Assembly (NCBI GenBank): GCA_965644265.1
Contig: OZ286463.1
Coordinates: forward strand, 27,404,001 to 27,468,000
Reading direction: 5' to 3'
Length of the DNA stretch: 64,000 nucleotides
From: Glycera tridactyla
Lineage: Eukaryota
Shown piece by piece: positions 59,255 through 64,000 of the stretch. The number at the start of each line of letters is the position of its first letter. Position 1 is the first letter of the stretch. Below the pieces are notes generated by a model. The model did not search any database and had not been told where the DNA came from. It saw nothing but the letters and a program-made list of their open reading frames with translations. Made by a program: the position numbers and the translations under genes.

Positions 59255-59689
59255 AATTGTAATGGGGTTCATCTTTATGTCGTCTTTATATTCTGTCTAA
59301 TGAGAAGAGTATACCATCATGCATGACCACTTGCCAAGTAGTTTTCTCGCAAAAAAAGCCTTCACATTTATCAGAGTGAGATGCCATGATATTGAGGCTG
59401 TCCTAACAAAGACAGTCTGGCTTTATTTCTGGATTAGCGTATACACAGCCAATCAATGAAAGGGTAGAAAGGGTAGAGAAATGCCAATGATGAAGATGAT
59501 CACAGAATGATACTGAAGCAGGAATCAAGATAAGATGAGACAACTTCAGGGACAAATCCATGATACATGACTTCCACTTTCTGTCATTACTGTTAAACCA
59601 CTATTTCTTGATGCCATAGTGACAAAGATCACATATGCTTCATCTGTGCACAGTTTCATTTCAACTGGCTACAGATCAAAGCTTTTTCA

Positions 59690-61200
59690 TCAAACACCTT
59701 TTGGGAATGTATGTCCATACAGTCTCTCAAGTTCTAAGGATTGAACTATCTTTGACATCAGGTGGAATCATATTCCAGACCTTCAGACCATGTTTTCTGA
59801 AATTTATCCTATACATTTTGAGTCACTTGAGGGCTCCCAAACAGAGAATATCATGACCTTGCCCATGATCATGGCAAGGGTCTTTCAATATAGTGTGGGT
59901 AATGCTTATGAGACAGGAAACCAACCATTCATTCTGCAAACAACCTCAAATTTCTCTGATGAGTATCAAACATCACAATGTATTTATTTAACATGTCAGC
60001 GATTTAACATGTGACATGGACATCCATTACTGGTAATTCGCTTGAATAATTCGATGTTTTGCCAGCTCAATTCATGCCTTTTGGATCTCAAATGTCAGTG
60101 TAAGTGGAATTTGTAACATCATTATAGAGTGTAGTGTTTTATACTTGTTTTTGGGTGGTAGCTATGGCTATGGGATATTGCATGCCATTGTCAACAGCTA
60201 GAGTTTGCAATGGGTCTAGTAGGATATTCTTTAACACAGTGAAGAAATTGTGTCGTGTGATCGCATGCAATTTCAGCACAACTTCTGTGCCATATTTTAG
60301 ATAAACGTTTCCATGGGGCAGGTAGAAATATTCCCATTCTTGACAAATCAATTTTTCTTTCTTTTGATGGATGGACAAAGGTGCTGTGCTTCTTGTCAGT
60401 TCGGACTACTGGCTGAAAGGCCTAATGTTGTGCCCTACCCAGTAGATCACCTGATCAAACAAATTTCCAACAAATTTAGATCAGGCAAATAATGCCTCAA
60501 GATGTCTACACCTCTATCAGGCAATGCATACTGCTTGCATGACTCCTACAAAATGCTGTGGTCTCATGTTAGCTGTCCTGCATGTCTGAGAGAGATGTAG
60601 AAAAAGGAAAGCATGTATTTCTATTCATAGTCCACTCGAAGCTTCTGATTAAAACTACTTGATTAAAATCACTCATATCTTGTTTGAAATAATTTGACAC
60701 TTAGCTTGGGATATGTTTAGCCATGGACCCAAGAAAGTAGTACCCTTCTTGCCTTTATAATGGCAGGATGCAGACCAGATGGTCAATCCACATATGATTA
60801 TAGCCCATTGAAGAAATGCTTACTCTTCATCGCGTCAACTAAGCTTCTCTCTCCTACATATCATCAGTAAAGTCAAATGTGTCAGGATTTACTGAAATAT
60901 TGATACTGGAGAGCTATGGTACCTGGATGGGTGATGCTGTGTTGAACCTGCACTCACTTTGGGTATAATTGACAAGTATGCTACTGAATATGATGTGTTG
61001 TACTGAACTGACATAATTCCCACTATGAGTCATCCACTCATATTGAATACCAAATGTATTGTTCCAAACATGGGTGTGTTGAAAATATTTGAGAATACCC
61101 TTCCTACTGATATTGATTTCGGAATCCAGCAGGTCACAACTGAGATTTAATACCTTTAACCATGAAACAACTATGCAAATCTGTACAGTCAATCATGAAC
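59690..61200 (-). mobile_element. Heavily decayed CR1/L2-type ORF2 remnant
   Basis: YRINFRKHGLKVWNMIPPDVKDS at ~59730-59820, RT-thumb-like remnants at 60139-60378 and weak APE-like remnants further upstream. Confidence 0.5.
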
Positions 61201-61799
61201 TTGTGATGACAGATGCTTGTTTTTTTCTAGATGTTCTAAAAGTGCACTACGAGCTGATAATTATTGAAATAATCTTTTTCTCATCTTGCTAGTCTACCAT
61301 CTTTTCTCTTCTTTGCTTTCCCTCTTCCTTTTCATTCATTTCAGATTCCAACAATTTTGATTATAGAAATTGGCCCAGTATTGAATGTGTCCTGATGTGG
61401 AATCTGCAATTTTCCTAAAGGTAGTTGACAAAAATTGTGTTCATGACCCAGCCATTAAATTTTCCACCCGGGTTCCCAAGATTGCTCAGTACTGCAATTT
61501 TCAAACACATATACATCAATCAGTCTGCAGTCAACTGTGCTGAACTGTCCTTAACATCCACGATATTTTCCTTCCCTTTTTCATGACAGCGGGCTGGCAG
61601 GCAAACTGACATCTGACATCTGGTTACATATTTGAAACATATTTGACTTTCGAAAAAATATTCTACCCCAACTTTTCTATTGAGCTAGAATTGAAATGTT
61701 GATAATGTTTACACTCAATTTGTCTGAGACCTCCAATGCCTTAGAGAGAGAAATTTGTGATTTTTTGAATCATCCATGATAGTTTATTTCTTTCTTTCA

Positions 61800-62250
61800 C
61801 AAGGTACAGCAAAGTTGCTGGTATATGGATTCCAGAAGAGTTGGAGTCCTGGACAGACTCAAGGGTGTTTTGAGTGAAAGACCTCCCTAATGCTGTACGG
61901 GGCTCTCAACCTTCCAAATTTCAATTATTGTGACATTTTTCATGGTTATTTAGGTTTGATAGACTCAATGAAACTCCAGCGAGTCCAAAAAAAAGCTGTG
62001 AGAATAACAACATGCAGCCCAAGATTTACAAGTAGCTTGCAATTCCACAGTCAGTCGGTTTTGCCATTCCTGTCACACCTAGTGTTTTGCGAACAAGATT
62101 CTGTCCGAGATTATGCACAAGCAATATTTTGATTTGTCTGAGCTTCCTCCTGAGAATATTGATTACAAATTGAGAACCAGGAACTCTCTTCATGGGACGA
62201 TGCAGCTCGATTAATTTACCATATGTGAGGGGAACATTTTGAAGTCTAAA
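61800..62250 (+). mobile_element. 3' ORF2 fragment of a CR1 closely related to the full-length element
   Basis: RVGVLDRLKGVL...MLYGALNLPNFNYCDIFHGYLGLIDSMKLQRVQKKAVRI matches RVGVLGRLRGVL...MLYKSLILPIFDYCDIVYDSLGVADSMKLQRVQNKAFRI of ORF 39492-42419. Confidence 0.85.
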
Positions 62251-64000
62251 TTGAATAATATCCTTTACATTGGAAATGATTATGTAATCATCTATTCATG
62301 ACTGAACATCTTACAAAGTGATATTAATCCAAATTGGTGCTTGTATTCAACTATCAAACATGACAATACCACAAATAATATCATAGTGGAATCCAAATTG
62401 AATGTAATAATGAACATGAGAAACAGTTTCATGTTTCATGTGAATCACCCCTCCAATTGCTTTGTTTCATCTTCCATTTTATCATGCATCATTTTTCATA
62501 TTAGTCAAGGTGTATTGAAATGAAGTCCCATTATCAAAGTCCGATTAATGTATGAAAATCATACTGATCAGCTTTCGACCCTATTCCTATTGTATGGTTA
62601 CTACTGAGTGGCGTGGCAGGATGTCATGTTTTGAATCAGATGACAGCATACAGGTGAAGTGAGTCTTTTCAGATGATGCCATTGTTCCAATGTTGACTGC
62701 ATGGCAGTTGCTATCTCAATTGCAATTGGACTGCACACCTAATAGTAATAGATACCTCATACAGGCCAACCTCTATATGTTGTTCTCATTCATTCTATAT
62801 TATTCGTGAGCAGATCATGGTTGTATTTAATTAGATAATTGACATACCCCCTGAATACATTTACAATCAAACATGATCAGTCTCTGCATTGTTGACAGAT
62901 CACACATAATCCTTGACATATTCTCAATTGAACATAACTCCTAATGCATCTATACAGTATAGCTCACCATTGTGTACCTGTATATTCTCACGACGGAAAA
63001 CACCCAGTCATCAGCAGAATTTTATTCAGCATTTCAATTTTGGATGAGACGATGATATACATAAATATAGTTTTCCGAAGTGAGCTACCTCCAAATTGAT
63101 GACCTCTCTGATAGAAACTTGTCACACATTCAGTGATAGTAAGTGGGGTGATTGGTTTCAGTATCAAATTTCCAAATATATATATGCAAAACCTAATGAA
63201 GAGAAATATATACCCATGTTGGTGATTTTGTATCCAAAATATCTCGAATGTGATCCTATCTAGCAGTTGAAGTGGAAGGTTGTGAAATTGTGATTGAGAA
63301 CAAGTTTTCATGTTGTTCCCAATTTGGATAAAGAAATAAAACTCGTACATCATCTATATTCCATATTCTTCTCATTTTACAAAACCTACGCTGTGATGAC
63401 AATAGGGGGAAGAAGTTATTGACTGGCTTTCAATGTACTATCTATCGTTAGGGACCGGACCACCATATCCCTCCTCTAAATGATATGCCATGCGTATATG
63501 AAAGCAGTTGAAGACTAAATCCAAATAGAATGATTGAGATGTGCTGGAGAACGCATTTTCTTACACACATGAAATTGAGAAGATGATTCTTGCTGTGAAT
63601 ACCAAGTACAAAAGTGAGTGAAGATCATAAAGAGGGTCACATGAGTTTCTGAGAGCTTGTCAAACTCAGTGATGGGTCTTCCTTATGAAAGTGGTTCCCT
63701 ACTGTACACTACATAGATCTTCTATATGTGACTATCAGAGAAAATCCTAGCCATGTTTTTTTTCAAGAGGTGGGGGCCCAGGGCCCTGTTGTATGTACAT
63801 TTTCCCTACTTTCACTATATTGGGAAAGCAGACTAAACATCCATTTTTTTTCTGAACTTGGTTTCATGTATTAATAAAAAGAAACTTTTATTCAAACTCA
63901 ACATGGAACAGTAACAAGACATTGACATATTGTTTCCAATCAGACTACATGAGTGGAGAATTCAATACGATTACACATACATATATAATACTATGAATAT

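Noticed and set aside
62400-63450. Possible decayed RTE-X RT C-terminus on the minus strand, including ORF 62988-63353
   Set aside because: Only faint motif resemblance, with no intact diagnostic motif.

Overview
AT-rich metazoan genomic DNA, probably from a lophotrochozoan invertebrate (inferred from HINE-like elements, tRNA-SINEs and abundant CR1 LINEs). No prokaryotic features, rRNA genes, true tRNA genes or CRISPR arrays were seen. There are three main objects. (1) A spliced + strand gene missed by the ORF track, with exons at 2705/2776-2814, 5028-5136, 8737-8926, 9538-9672 and 10602-10721/10725 and possible further 3' exons. It encodes an intact SGNH hydrolase of the type carried by retroelements. 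(2) A nested LINE stack at ~36085-50451: a decayed + strand CR1 whose 3'UTR holds two TSD-flanked - strand insertions. One is a full-length, apparently intact three-ORF CR1-like element (ORF1, a separate SGNH esterase ORF, APE-RT ORF2); the other is a 5'-truncated CR1. (3) An 8.4-kb reading frame at 50810-59254, broken by a single in-frame TAA. It encodes a ~2,810-aa Mutator/MULE-type (NOF-like) DDE transposase with a triplicated zinc-ribbon DNA-binding module, fused to a USP (C19) deubiquitinase, a probable dead second USP-like module and a Ulp1 (C48) protease, with catalytic residues present. The rest is decayed CR1 and RTE-X fragments, HINEs, MITEs, SINEs, microsatellites and short tandem duplications. 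All domain calls are by motif recognition by eye; no database searches were run.
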